NCBI RefSeq assembly: GCF_963921235.1
Contig: NC_086109.1
Location: 26,786,001-26,850,000, forward strand
Source: Mobula hypostoma
Lineage: Eukaryota
Reading direction: 5' to 3'
Length of the DNA: 64,000 nt
In this document: piece by piece, positions 25,384 through 38,276 of the stretch
Layout: each line of letters opens with the position of its first letter
Position numbering within the stretch: the stretch's first letter is position 1
Notes under the pieces: generated by a model
What the model saw: the letters and a program-made list of their open reading frames with translations, nothing else
Databases searched by the model: none
What the model was told of the DNA's origin: nothing
Position numbers and translations under genes: made by a program

Positions 25384-25598
25384 ATGAAAAAAGTCTCTGT
25401 TTATCAGTACATATTCAGATTTGATTATATCATTGCGAAACATTTTATGATAGCTATTCCCACACAGCTGTGCCTGTCAATAATTTTGATCATTGATAAA
25501 CTAGTTATTCTTTTAAATCAGACATGTTTTAAAAGTTCAGTATTGCTTCTAAGTGTCATTCTACTCGTCTGAAGTGCTTTTAGAATATTCATTCAAAG

Positions 25599-25680
25599 CA
25601 GGAGTTTCCAACCTAGAGTCCATGAACCCCTTGCTTAGTGGTATTGGTCCATGGCATAAAAAGGATTGGGAATTCTTCTG
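25599..25680 (+). mobile_element. ~80-bp hAT-type MITE, copy 1
   Basis: caggagtttccaacct..ggtccatggcataaaaaggattgggaattcttctg. Similar to 38129-38209 and 62242-62321. Confidence 0.7.
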
Positions 25681-26254
25681 ATTAGTTTGCATTCCAGTTG
25701 CCTGTGTCAATGTAAGTAGCAAAGAACACGAGGCACAGAGTCATCGGAGGAATCTCACAGACAATCTTTGTCCACTTTGCATGCAATCTTCATGAGATAA
25801 TCAAAAGGCAATTAGCTCCAGAGGCTGGGAAACAGAACAGAACAGAAAACTGCTGGGAATACTGAGCTGGGTGGGAGTGGAGATAGAGTCAAATCTTTGT
25901 GTTGATGATCTCCCATCAGAATATAAAGAATTTGAAATCAAACAAGATGCAGACAAGGGGAATGGAGAAGAGAACAAAATCTGTGATAGGGTGGAGTCGC
26001 AGAGAGAGGCGGAATGTCACCGGTACTAGTGGTGCCAGCTGAGTAGAGGGGGGCGGTGAGGTATTGCTAATCACAGCTAATCTGTCTGAAGCAGCCATTA
26101 ATAAAGAAAGATGAATGAAAATAGGGAGGGAAGGAGTGAATGAACAGTACAGGGACAGTGAGACAGAGAACAGCGTAGATGCATCACAGAAAAAAAATCA
26201 CTTGCTACAGTCATTCCCTTTTCCTTGTTTTATCAAATTGTTGCCTTCATATTT

Positions 26255-28215
26255 TAGAACATACAGCATTTCAGCCCATGATGTTTAACAGACATTTTAA
26301 CCTATCTCAAGATCAATCTAACATTTCCCTCACGCATAGCCCTCAATTTTTCTTTTGTCCATGTGCCTATCACTTAAATGCCCTTATTGTATCTGCCTTT
26401 ACCACCACTCCTAGCAGCATGTTCCATGCATCCACCACTCTGTGATAAAAACCTACCTCTGACTATCCTCCAATTAGATATTTCTGCCCTGGGAAAAAGG
26501 CACTGGCTGTCCTTTAGTTTCTCCTTATCATCTTACATATCTCTATCAAGTCATCTCTCATCCTCCTTCACATTCAAGAGAACAGTCCTAGCTTTTTTAT
26601 CCTTTCCTGATAAGACATGCCCTCAAATACAGACAGCATCCTGGGAAATCTCCTCTGCACCTTCTCTAAAGCTTTCACGTCCTTTCAATAGTGAGGCAAG
26701 CGGAAATGAACACAATACTCCAAGTGTAGTCTAGCGAGAATTTTTATAGAGCTACAACATTACCTTGGAGCTCTTAAATTCAATCAAATGATTAACGAAG
26801 TCCAACACACTAATGCCTTTCAACTATCCCAAACTTGTGTGGCAATTTTGAGAGATCTATGGGCATGGAACCCAAGATCCCTCTGTTCCTCTACTGTTAA
26901 GAATTATGCCTTCAACCCTGTACTCTGCCTTCAAGTTCAAACTTCGAAAATGTATCACTTCACACTTCTCTAAACTGAACTCCATTTGCCATTTTACAGC
27001 CCAGCTCTACATCTTATCATTGTCCCATTGTAAGCTACAACAACCTACAGCACCACCAACCTTCATGTCATTTTGCATACTCTGTGACTCACTCTTCCAC
27101 TTCGTCATCCATGTGATTTATAAAAATCACCAAGTGCAGGGGTCCCATAACAGATCCCTGTGGAACATCACTGGTCACCGACCTCCAGGCAGATAACACT
27201 GTACCTACTACTACTCCCTGTTTTCTGTGGGTGAGCCAATTCTGAAACTATTCAGTCAGATTTCTCTGGATCCCATGCCTCCAGACATTCTGAATGACCC
27301 CCTACCATGGGGAATTTCTGTGTGAATGCCTAAGTAAAACGTATGTACACCATACCCCCTGCTCTTCCTTCTTCAGTTTCTTCTTTGAAGAATTCAATGT
27401 CTTCTGAAGCATGACCTCCCCCCTCACAAAGTCATTCTGACTATCCCTAAACAGACTATGCTGCTCCAAATGCTTGTAAATCCAGCCTCTAAGAATCCTC
27501 TCCAATAGTTTGCCCACTACTGATGTAAGAATCACTGGTCTATAATTCCCAGCAATATCCCTATTAGCTTTCTTGAACAAAGGACTAGCATTTGCTACCC
27601 ACCAAACTGCTGTGGCCAATGAGGATGCAAAGATCATCTCTAAAGGTACAACGATCTCTTCTCTCACTTCGCATAGTAACTTGAAGTATATCTCGTTCAG
27701 CCCTGTGGACTTCTCTGTCCTAATAGTTTTCAGAAATTTCAGCATATCCTCTTTCTTTCAGCATATTCCAGCGTATTAGCCTAATCTATGCTGCCCTTGT
27801 ATTCATTGAGGTCCCTCTCACTAGAGCAAAGAAACCCATACAAGTTCCCTCTAAGGATCATCAATATTTCCTTTGTGCATGTCCTCGAGTACATCCATTC
27901 TCAATTCATGTTCCCAAGGCCCTGCCTAACAGCTCATAATTTAGCCCTCCCCCAATTAAATACTCTCCCATACAATCAGCTCCTATCCCTGTCCGAGTCT
28001 ATGGTAAAGATCAGGGAGTTGTGGTCATTGTGTCTAAAATGTGCACCCACTGAGATATCTGTCAACTGACCTGGTTCATTGCCTGGAAGTACAGCTGGTA
28101 TGACCTCTGCTCTAGTTGGCCCATCCACATATTGTGTCAGTAATCGTTCCTGGACACATGTAACAAATTCTACTCCATCTAAACTTTTATGCACTAAGGC
28201 AGTGCCAATCAATTT
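26255..28215 (-). mobile_element. Decayed, internally deleted CR1 LINE
   Basis: Minus-strand peptides GNYRPVILTSVVGKLLERILR and LDGVEFVTCVQE..LTQYVDGPTR..HNDHNSL. CR1 3' end near 26255. Confidence 0.85.
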
Positions 28216-29399
28216 TGTCAAGCAAAACCTCATGTAGTGAAATGGTTGAACAAAATGCATTATTATATGCCTATGTTCAAATATTTGTTTCTTCATTATA
28301 GTGAAGAATTTTTTTCGAAGATGAAGAAACATACCCCAAAGTAGCTGTAGCCATTAAACACAATTTCAGAAAGTAAATATTGATAAACTGATGAATACCT
28401 GTAATTTATTAAATTTTGTCAATGCATTTTGGTAAAAAGAATACATGTACTGGTAAGTTGTTGTGAATAGATGATTATCCAGTGATTACCCTAAGATCAT
28501 GGGATGCATCTGCTCTGGAAAGGCCCCTTATCCATTATTACCCTATAAGGTTATGTTTCTGTCACCAAGATTTACCAGAAAGTTCTTTGAAAGCATTTTT
28601 GTTGGTGTGTTGATGTAAACCACTCTTTCCCTAAATGTTTTCAATGGTAGCTATAAGAGGATATTGTTACAAATGAAGCTTATCCTTTTGAAACCAAAAA
28701 TCTAGAAAGTGTCTCACAAAAAAGTCAGGATGTGTCTGATCGAATGATGTAATATTGCAGATCTCTTTCCATTTCGGTTAAAGATTTCACAGCAATCAAT
28801 GGGTTTAGCAGTGTAGAGTTGGCAAACATTAAGTCTTCCAGTGAAAGCCTCTGAATGGATGCCAACAATGATAAGACAAAAAAGCCGAAATCACGTGAAT
28901 TGATGAAGCCATGGCAACGCAGTGGAGTGCAATGTCTCCTCCTCTCACAGTTGGGTGGGTCGCAGCTGGCTGCCAGTCTCCTTTCTTTCTATCCTCTTCC
29001 TTTTCTTGTGCTCTGCTCCCTCGAATAAGAACCAATTGTCCTGTTCCACATTGCTCTCATGTGCCGGCAGCTCATTACCCACCACCGATGCCACAATAGT
29101 GCACAGTCATTTGCCATTCTGCGCACAGCTCACGCATGAAAGGACATTTTCAATCTGTTGCTCTGAGGACTGAATGAAAACAGCAGTCATTTTATAATGA
29201 CAACAGGCAGGGCAACCCCACCCCTCCCCCAAGGCCTCCCCCAACTTGACAAGAGCTGTTGACAGGCCTAGGTATCCTATAGTTCCAAGTATCGGATTAA
29301 CTGAACATGTGAGAAATCTGATCAATATTCTGGTATAGACTTAATACTTTCTTCCTAGCTTTGTAGGATGACAGTCAGACTGAATGCTGACTCAGTGCC

Positions 29400-30050
29400 A
29401 GTAAAATCAAAGAATTGGTTGTGGATTTCAGGAGGGGTAAGTGAAGGGAAACACACACCAGTCCTCAAGGGATCTGAAGTGGAAAGAGTGAGCAGTTTCA
29501 AGTTTCTGGGTGTCAACATCTCGAGGAACTATCCTGGGCCCAACATATTGATGCAATTACAAAGCGGGCATGACAGCGGTTATATTTCATTAGGAGTTTG
29601 AGGAGAATTGGTATGTCAGTAAAGGTACTCACAAGTTTCTACAGATGTACCGTGGAGAGCATTCTAACTGTCTGGCATGGAGGAGCTGCTGCACAGGATC
29701 AGATAAAGCTGCAGGAAGTTGTAAACTCAGCCAGCTCCACCATGGGCAGTAGCCTCCCCAGCATCCAGGACCCTTTCAAAAGGTGATACCTCAAAAAGGC
29801 AGCATCCGTCATTAGGGACCCCCATCACCCAGGACATGCCCACATCTTGTTTCAGATTTCTAATGGACAATGAACCTATGAACACTTCCACAGTATTCTT
29901 TTCCCTCTCTTTTTGCCCTACTTATTTAATTTATTTTTATATATATATACTCATTGAATAGTTTTTGTTACTATCTATTGCGATGTACTGCTGCCACACA
30001 GCAACACATTTCACCACATATTCCAGTGATATTAAGCCTGAATCTATTCT
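29400..30050 (+). mobile_element. Rex1/Babar 3' fragment
   Basis: Peptides GSEVERVSSFKFLGVNIS and FYRCTVESILT..AQDQIKLQ. Same 3' UTR as 21240-21423. Confidence 0.85.
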
Positions 30051-31299
30051 AATTAAAATTTGTTCTGTTGTACAAAGTTAATTAGCTGAGTTTTTTTTTG
30101 TAAAGGGTACTTGCTTGTGGGGAAGTTTCTATTAAATAATGTTCAATATCGACTTAATTGAAATTTAATTTTGCAACAGACTTCCTTTATTCCTGAAGTG
30201 CTGTTTTTCAGGGTGTACATTTGCTGCTTGAATAGTACTTGATGTGAAGATTTTTAAAAGTACTTTGGGCATTTATGTCATACTAAAGATGCCAAATAGG
30301 TAGCTGTTGCTAGTCTCTCCATTTTAAGACTATGGGATTACATAGGGCACCTGCAGCAATTCTGTATAAAGCCACAGGGGAACACAATTCTAATGTGGGC
30401 CTGACTGCAGTAATCATAACGAGTCCACTTTAACTACCTGTACCCAATGAGAGAAGATGCAGTGGGGATTCTGTCCCCCACTATATACAATCTTCACTGC
30501 AAAACATTTACAAAGCATGTAGAGATAATGGCAGTTAACAAAGGGACATACTGTTGAAATCATGAAAGGAGTTAGCTGGCTTAATTCCTGAAGCTGACAG
30601 TGCCAGGGAGATGAATAAGCGAGATAGAAAAAGCTTCGGCTCGAGAGGCACTTAAGTTTAATTAATGTTAAATGTAATGGTTCATAATGAGATGAAATTG
30701 TAACATCCTTGCATCTGCAGGCTCCACATTTCATATCTCCATTTAGAATATTTGCAATTAGTATGTATCTCATAAAACTCTAACTGATGTCTCTCTTCAT
30801 ATCAGCTTAGTTCAGATCCAAAAATATTTGGTTGGAAAATGCACATTATGAAATATTACTTCAATTTCTCTCTCAATTATCACATTATGGATTAGAAATG
30901 AATTATCCTGCATTGCTCTTTTGTTAGCATTCCACGCGTAATCTTCCGAACATCTCCCATTAATGTGAGAAGCTATCATCTCTACATGTTCAGTACTCTG
31001 CCAGGGATTTGAGGCCTGGGTAAGGAGGCTATAGAGGATCTCACAACTAATCAAGTTCTATCTTGTACCAGTAGTTGTTCACATATATGGAGCTGACAGT
31101 GGCTTTGCTCCTTTTAGTATAAGCATTAACACTTGATTTTGTAAATATAATTCTTTAACTCTGGTCTGATAAAGTCATACATGGGCTGTCAATAAAGCAG
31201 GATTGGAAAAGCTTCAAGGGAAGACCACAGGATTAAACTAAATTTGAAGCACCTGGCTATCATAATAGCTCATCTACCTGGGTCCATTATATTACCTTA

Positions 31300-31690
31300 C
31301 TTGGATCTCCGCAAATTTCTAATTAAGTATAGCTACTGGTGTAGCTTTGTTATGATTACATCAATGTGTTGTGCCCAGGACAGATCCCCTGCAATGTTGA
31401 CATACAGGAACTTGAATCTGCTCGCCCTTTCCACCATTGCCTCCACAATGTGTGTTCTCCCAACTTCACCTTTCTGAAGTCCACAATCAATTCCTTGATC
31501 TTGTTGATGTTGAGTGCAAGGTAGTCATTGTGACACTCCTCACTGATGAGGATGTCAAGGGTCCAGTTGCACAGGCCCAGGTTTTGAAGCTTGCGATTGG
31601 TACTGATGGGATGGTGTTGAATACCAAGCTGTTTTCAATATACAGCAGCCTAAAGTAGGCATTGCTGTTTTCCAGGTAGTCCAAAGCCCA
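31300..31690 (-). mobile_element. Rex1/Babar fragment
   Basis: Reverse complement reads NAYFRLLYIENSLVFNTIP and LALNINKIKELIVDFRK. Confidence 0.7.
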
Positions 31691-31774
31691 CATTTTGAAT
31701 GTTTTGAAAACATTCAAAAGGTCGAGTTCAGGAGAGCGAGCGGTGTTGTATTCTGAAAAACGATTCATTAAAGG

Positions 31775-32280
31775 TAACAAAAGAAATTGATGTGGGTAGG
31801 GCAGTAGATGTGGTCTACATGGATTTTAGCAAGTCATTTGACAAGGTCCCCCACAAGAGACTCATCCAGAAAGTCATGAGGCATGGGATCAGAGGAACCT
31901 TGGCTGTTTGGATAAAAAACTGGCTTACAGAAAGAAAGCAGAGGGTAGTAATGGAAGGAAGTATTCTGCCTGGCGGTCAGTGACTAGTGGAGTGCCACAA
32001 GGATCTGTCCTGGGACCCCTGCTCTTTCTGATTTTTATAAATGACTTGAGGGTTATTACACAGAGGGTTGTGGGTGCCTGGAATGACTTGCCAGGGATGG
32101 TGGTGGAGGCTAAAACTTTAGCGGTATTTAAGAGCCTCTTGGACAGGCACATGGATGAAAGAAAAATAGAGGGTTACGGGGTAATGTGGATTTAGTATTT
32201 TTTTAAGGAATATGTGGGTTGGCATAACATCAGGGGCCAAAGGGCCTGTACTGTGCTGTAGTATTCTAGTGTCTAGTGTC
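31775..32280 (+). mobile_element. CR1 fragment with internal deletion (RT joined to 3' end at ~32050)
   Basis: [17 protein letters not shown], then [21 protein letters not shown] joined directly to [12 protein letters not shown]. Tail tctagtgtctagtg. Confidence 0.88.
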
Positions 32281-33314
32281 ATAAATGTGAAGTTATATCA
32301 TCTGTACATGTGGCAAGGAATGAGAACTCAGGGAAAAATAAAATTTGTATGCATTTATTTATCTTTTTCCACATAAGTCTCATAAGAACAACTTTCTGTT
32401 CTGTAGTGAATTCAGAATTCCATAAGGGCAATTGCCATAATATAGGGGTCCATGGAAATATTTTTTCCATTCATCAACGGTTTGGAACCCGGCCTAATGC
32501 GAAGCTCATGCTATTGGACAGTTCTGTAGACGTTGAATTCCTTCCAGTAGACTAAACTGTGTGGTTATCTGTGAGCACAGTCAGTCCACCATAATGTTGC
32601 TGGGAAAGAAGTTTTGGATTACATCTGGTGATCTTCCCAGCAGGCCTTGTTGGATTAAAACAAGCCTTCCAGATCAGAACGAAATGACGTGGTAGTGCGA
32701 GGGGTTGGGTGTTGTTGGCAGCAGCTGACAAAAGAAGACAAGAGCACCAAAGAATTCCTTCCACAGGTTCAAATGGGAGCAGCTACATTCCACCTACAAA
32801 GGTAAAGTGTTGGCAACTAGCCAAGCCATGTCTTCATCAGAAATATTAAAGCACTCTGAATGCTTTCAAGACATTAAGCATTTCAAAACATTTAAAAAAA
32901 TCTATGTTTAATAAGAAATCAAAAAACTTCAAAACTTACTTGTACATTCTGATTTTTATGTCAGAATTATCAATTCATTGCAGATTGATGAAAAAATTTT
33001 GAGTCATTTTCTTAAATCAAGAAGTATCTCAAGCAGTAAAAAAAACTTACAGTAGCAAATGCCGGTGCTCGCTGCAATTCCATTCCATTAACACAAAGGT
33101 GTAAGGACTGGTTATGTTCCCTTTAAATGACACAGCTTATGAGTTTGCCTTATAAGTGGAAGGTATTTTGTACAATACAGGTTCATTCATCCACACAGAA
33201 TTCCCAGAATGAATTCATTCCACTAGATCCAAGATCGGAGTGCAGTCTACAAAGAAAAGCTGAATACAGCCTCCATAAGTTCCCATTGCCATGTGCCTGT
33301 GGAAATGTGGAAGT

Positions 33315-34520
33315 TCAAAGTATGATTACTTTCAAAGTACATATATGTCACCATATACTATTCTGAGATTCATTTTCTTGTGGACGTTCATAGTAAGTAC
33401 AGGAACCATAATAGAATCAATGAAAAGACTACACGCAAAGACAGAAGAATAGCCACTATGCAAAAGATGCCAAATTGTGCAAATACAAAAAGAAAACCAA
33501 AATAATATTAAATAAACAATACTGAGAACGTGAGTTGTAGAGTCCTTGAAAGTGAGTCCATAGGTTGTGGAATCATTTCGGTGTTGGGGTGAGTGAAGTT
33601 ATCCACTCTGGTTCAGGAACCTGAGGGTTGTTTAATAACAGTTCGTGATCCACTGATGTGAGACCTAAGGCTCTTGACCTTCCTTCCAAAAGGCAGCAGC
33701 GAGAAGCAACGGTGGGGGTCCCCGTTGTTGGATGCTGCTTTCTTCTGGCAGTGCTCCTTGTAGAAGTGCTCAGCGGTGACGAGGGCTTTTCCTGTGATGG
33801 ACTTAGCTGTATCCACTTCTTTCTGTAAAACGTTTCCATTCAAGGGAAACGGTGTCTCCATACCAGGCTATGAAGCCACCAATTATTATATTCTCCACTG
33901 TACATTTATAGAAGCTTGTTAAAATTTTAGTTGACATGCCGAATCTGCACAAATGTCTAAGAAAGTCGAGGCACTGCCAAGCCTTCTCTGTAATAGTATT
34001 TATGTGCTTTTCCCAGGACAGATCGCCTGGAATGATAGCACTGAGAAATTTAAAGTTACTGACCTTCTGCACCTCTGATCCACTGACGAGGACTGGCTTA
34101 TGGACCTTCTTTTCCCTCCTCCTGAAATCAATAATCAGCTCGAACTCGAGGAAATCTACGGATGCTGGAATTTTAAGCAACACACATAAAAGTTGCTGCC
34201 TGGCCTGCTGCGTTCACCAGCAACTTTTATGTGTGTTGCTCAATAATCAGCTCTTTTGGTTTTGCTGCATTGGGTGAGAGGTTGTTGTTGTGGTACCACT
34301 CAGCCAGATTTTCAATCTCCCTTCATCACTACCTTTGTTTTAGGCCAGCAACAGCGGTGTCATCAGAAGACCTGACGTCGGAGCCATGCTCAGCCTGTCA
34401 GTCACAGGTATAAAGCGAGCAAAGCAGGGTCCTAAGCACACAGGCTTGTGGTCTACTTGGGCAGATGCTGATTGTGGAGGAGGAGTTGTTGGCAGTGCAA
34501 GCCGGCTGAGTCTGCAAGTG
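33315..34520 (-). mobile_element. Rex1/Babar 3' portion containing a 98-bp Penelope-derived insert
   Basis: ORF 33803-34183 has ELIIDFRR..SEVQKVSNFKFL..FYKCTVENII. Confidence 0.85.
34142..34239. mobile_element. 98-bp fold-back Penelope terminal fragment with 14-bp TSD
   Basis: TSD tcaataatcagctc at 34128-34141 and 34240-34253. Perfect 23-bp inverted repeat at 34176-34198 / 34218-34240. Confidence 0.88.
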
Positions 34521-36324
34521 AGGAAGGAGATATCGAGGCAAAGGTCTGGGATCTGTCCGTTTCACCCCAGCATCTGTCCTTCACCACCCAGCTCAAAATC
34601 TGAGCCTTTATCTTCTTCCAGTATGCCATTAGTTGCTGAATATTGGGAAATAGTGGTATCACTAATAAAGCTCTTTGGCTGGCTATAGCTCTGTTCCCCG
34701 TTGGAAGCCCGCAGATGAGGTCAGAAGTTTTTATATAAAAATTGTAAATTGCGATTTTTGTTCTTTTTTTTAAAGTCTAGCTATGAAGCTAAATTTTAGC
34801 TGCTTTAATATTGCTCAAGACAAAATTACTTGCATTTGAACTGGGTACTTAAATGGAAAATGATTTAGCTCTTCAGTCAATAAAGTGATGTACAGTAAGT
34901 AGGCACAGGGAAATGTGCTCCATATGTATGTGTTTATGGCTGTGAAGCTTAAAAAGGAGGAAGCCATTTGGAACTCCATTCAGAACACAATAGTGCAAAT
35001 AATGTGTTATATACTTGATTGCCAAATATAAAATTCCAATGTTTGACAAAAAGTCAGGAATCAATTTATGAAGAAAGCTTCAGTACATTTACAATCTCTC
35101 CTCTTCCCTCTTAGGGAATTAATACTGTTTTCAATGCCGACAATATAAAGAAATTTTCTTCGGATTATCATTTCTATTCAGTTGGTCTTTGTTCAGTCTG
35201 AAAAACATTTAGCTTAGTCAGATGCCGTTGGAGGTTGCTGGCTGGTGAAAGGATGATCTGATAGTTGAAGAATGCTTTTGTCTGTAGGAGGCCTGGCTAG
35301 TGTGATATAGGGATGCAAGGGGAAGTCGAAAGGACTGGGACAAACAAAAGGACTCTATAAATGTTTAGACCTGCAAACTTCAGAGCTGCTTAAATCCTTC
35401 AAGATTTCTATTGGCGAGCCTTGTTCACTGAAGCTCAGTAGCATATTTCTTGTTATTTTTAGGTGTTTAAAGTGATATTCTCTCCAAGATAAGGTATTTA
35501 TCAAACCTTGCAATATAAATTTTCAGGCAGTTGGCACACTGGTGTAAATTGCTCCACCTCTACTTGTTATAAAAAGGTGTTTTCTTTCCACCTAGTAGTG
35601 CAAAAAGATTTATCAAGTTATGAGGAGAGACTGTCTAGGATGGAGTTATTTTGATTTCTTTGGAACAAAGGAGACTGGTGATTTAGTTAAGGTGCACTGA
35701 AGCCTGACAGAGTAAACAGAAAAGGAGAGAGTAATGTTAGATTTAAGTTAATTATCTAAAAGATTAGAGAGAAGTTGAGAGAAAAGGATAGTGAAGGTGG
35801 AGCACCTTGCCACCTTCAAACCACTTTGATGACCACATAAAAAGCCATAACCTCCAGGACAGGGAAGTGAGGTTAATTGTATGGACAAGATGAACTGAAT
35901 GGACTTCCTTCTGCAAAACATTTCTATTAATTTTAAAAAATTGAAAAGTTTCTAACTTTCTAGTAATCCTTTTTCCTTTTCCCATCCTTTATCTCATCTC
36001 CCAACATTATCAGAAACTTGATCTCTTTAAGAATACCTTTGAAACTTCTGCCAGAAAACATTACTTCTACAGAGAAACGATCGAGGAAATGGCTGTACAA
36101 CAATTTGATGGATTCAATGGCGAAATTCCAGCTATTTCTCTCTACTCTGCTTACTGGATTACCAGCAATTCATTTGAATGGACCCCAGAATATATTGGAA
36201 CCAGGTTTAATATCACTGATATACATCGTGATATGTTTTGCTTTGCATTAGCAGTATAGTACAGTTCATAAAAACAAACTATAAATTACAAAAAGACTGT
36301 GTGTGTGCATACACATACATATAT

Positions 36325-36900
36325 ATTCAAAGTTCAAAGTAAATTCATTATCAAACTACATTTATGTCATCATATACAAACTTGAGATATCTTTTCTTGT
36401 GGGTTTTTATAGTAAGTACAAGAAGCAATAGAATAAAATTAGTGAAAGATGACACTCAAAAGGGTAGACAACAACCAATGTGTAAAAGTAAACTACAAAC
36501 TACAAATACAAAAGAAAAGGAAAAAAAGAAATAATGATAAATAAATAAGCAATACATATCGAGATATGAGATGAAGAGTCCTTGAAAGTGATTCCATACA
36601 TTGTGGGAACAGTTCAGTAACGGGGCAGGTGATGCTGAGTGAAATTATCCCTTCTGGTTCAAGAGCCTGACGGTTGAGGGGTAATAACTGTTCCTAAACC
36701 TGGTGTTGTGGGCCTTTAGGCTCCTGTACCTTCCTTCCAATGGCAGCAGCAAGAAGAGAGCATGGCCTGGATGGTGGTGGTTCTTGATAAGAGCTGCTGT
36801 GCTCATGCGACATTGCTCTTTCTAGATATGTCCGATGGTGGGGCAGGCATTATCCGTGATGGACTGGGACGTATCCACTACTTTTTGTGTGCTTTTCTGT
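36325..36900 (-). mobile_element. Rex1/Babar 3' fragment
   Basis: Same tail and 3' coding remnant as 33315-33900. Confidence 0.75.
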
Positions 36901-37349
36901 GTGTGTGGGTACCTATTGGACAGGTTTAGGTGCAATACAGCCAAACCCAAATTTGCCTTGTTCAATTCTACAAACGGGAGCTTGGATTCAGATTTCCATG
37001 CAGAAGTAACTAACTAAGAATTCCTTTGTAATTAAAATTATTCTTTCTTCAGTATGTTCAAGTGGGGAGCCAGCAGCATCATGGCGGTGGACTCTGTCTG
37101 ATTCTGTGTTTATGTTCCTATTCCTAAGAATACTTGCACTGTCGGGAAAAGTACTGTTTCAGAGTCGGCTCCCTCCCATGGAGAGCAAAACTATATTCAA
37201 TAAGTCATGTCTAGCTGCCTGCGTACCTGCCAGTGTTCGGCAATGAATGAGCCAATGGAGCTGATTGGCCAAGTTGGAGAACTGTCAATACAAATAACCA
37301 CATGCATGCATTCTGCAAACCTCAACAGGATTATGTTCGCAATAAATCA

Positions 37350-37830
37350 AATGTATAAACACAAGAAGTTCTGCAGATGCTGGAAATCCAGACCAACAGA
37401 TGCACACAAGATGCTGGAGGAGCTCGGGCACAATCTTTGAAGAGGACAAAAAACAGTCGATGTTTCAGGCAGAGACCCTTCATCAGGACTGGGAAGGAAG
37501 TGGGAAGAAGCCAGAATAAGGAGTTGGGAGGGGAAGTAGTACAAGCTGGCAAGTGATAGATGAAAACAATTGAAGGAGAAGGTGATTATGGGAGGGTAAG
37601 GTGAAGTGTGAAGATCCTCACCTGCCCATCTCCTCCCTTTGTGGCCCTTCTCCTTCCTTTTCTCTTATGGTCAACTGTCCACTTCCACCTGTCACCTCCC
37701 AGCTTTTAATTTCAACACGCCCTTCCCCACCCACCCATCATCCTCCTCAGCTAGTTGCACCTATCACTTGCCACCTCGCACTCCTTCCCATCTCCCCACC
37801 TTCTTATTCTGGTTTCTTCCCTCTTTTCTC
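37350..37830. mobile_element. Penelope terminal-repeat derivative with inverted halves
   Basis: 37350-37600 matches the minus-strand terminal repeat. 37615-37830 is the pyrimidine-rich complementary 3' UTR in the opposite orientation. Confidence 0.7.
37454..37491 (-). ncRNA. Minimal type-I hammerhead ribozyme motif (stem III variant ACAU)
   Basis: Reverse complement: CAGTC CTGATGA AGG-GTCTCTG-CCT GAAA CA TC GACTG. Confidence 0.55.
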
Positions 37831-38128
37831 GTTCCCCAACCCCCAACCCCCTTCCTTTGAGATCAAATATACTTTGAGAAAATTGCTTAGACCCAAAGAG
37901 GGAAAGATCTTGGGGAGTCCTTGGAGCAGCATCATTCATAGCTGACCATGAGCACAATTACAATTTTGCTAACAACAGCCTTTAGGAAAAATAGTACATT
38001 TCCAAAGTAACATTTCAGGATGTTAGATTTCCAGCAAACTGAAGAGAGAAGTATTTTTTTTCAGATTTAGTCATCCTGATGGGTTAGAGAGCCAAACTTT
38101 CAAGAGAGGAATAGGAAATACTCTGTAT

Positions 38129-38209
38129 CAAGGGTCCTGACCTGGAGTCTATGGGACCCCTTGTTTAATGGTAAGGCTCCATGGCATAAAAAATGTTTGA
38201 GAACCCCTG
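38129..38209 (+). mobile_element. ~80-bp hAT-type MITE, copy 2
   Basis: caagggtcctgacctggagtctatgggacccc..ccatggcataaaaaatgtttgagaacccctg. Confidence 0.7.
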
Positions 38210-38276
38210 CAGTCTGTATAAATCAATATACACTATATTCATTTCATTATGGTATATCAACTCGAGTGGTGTGCGT

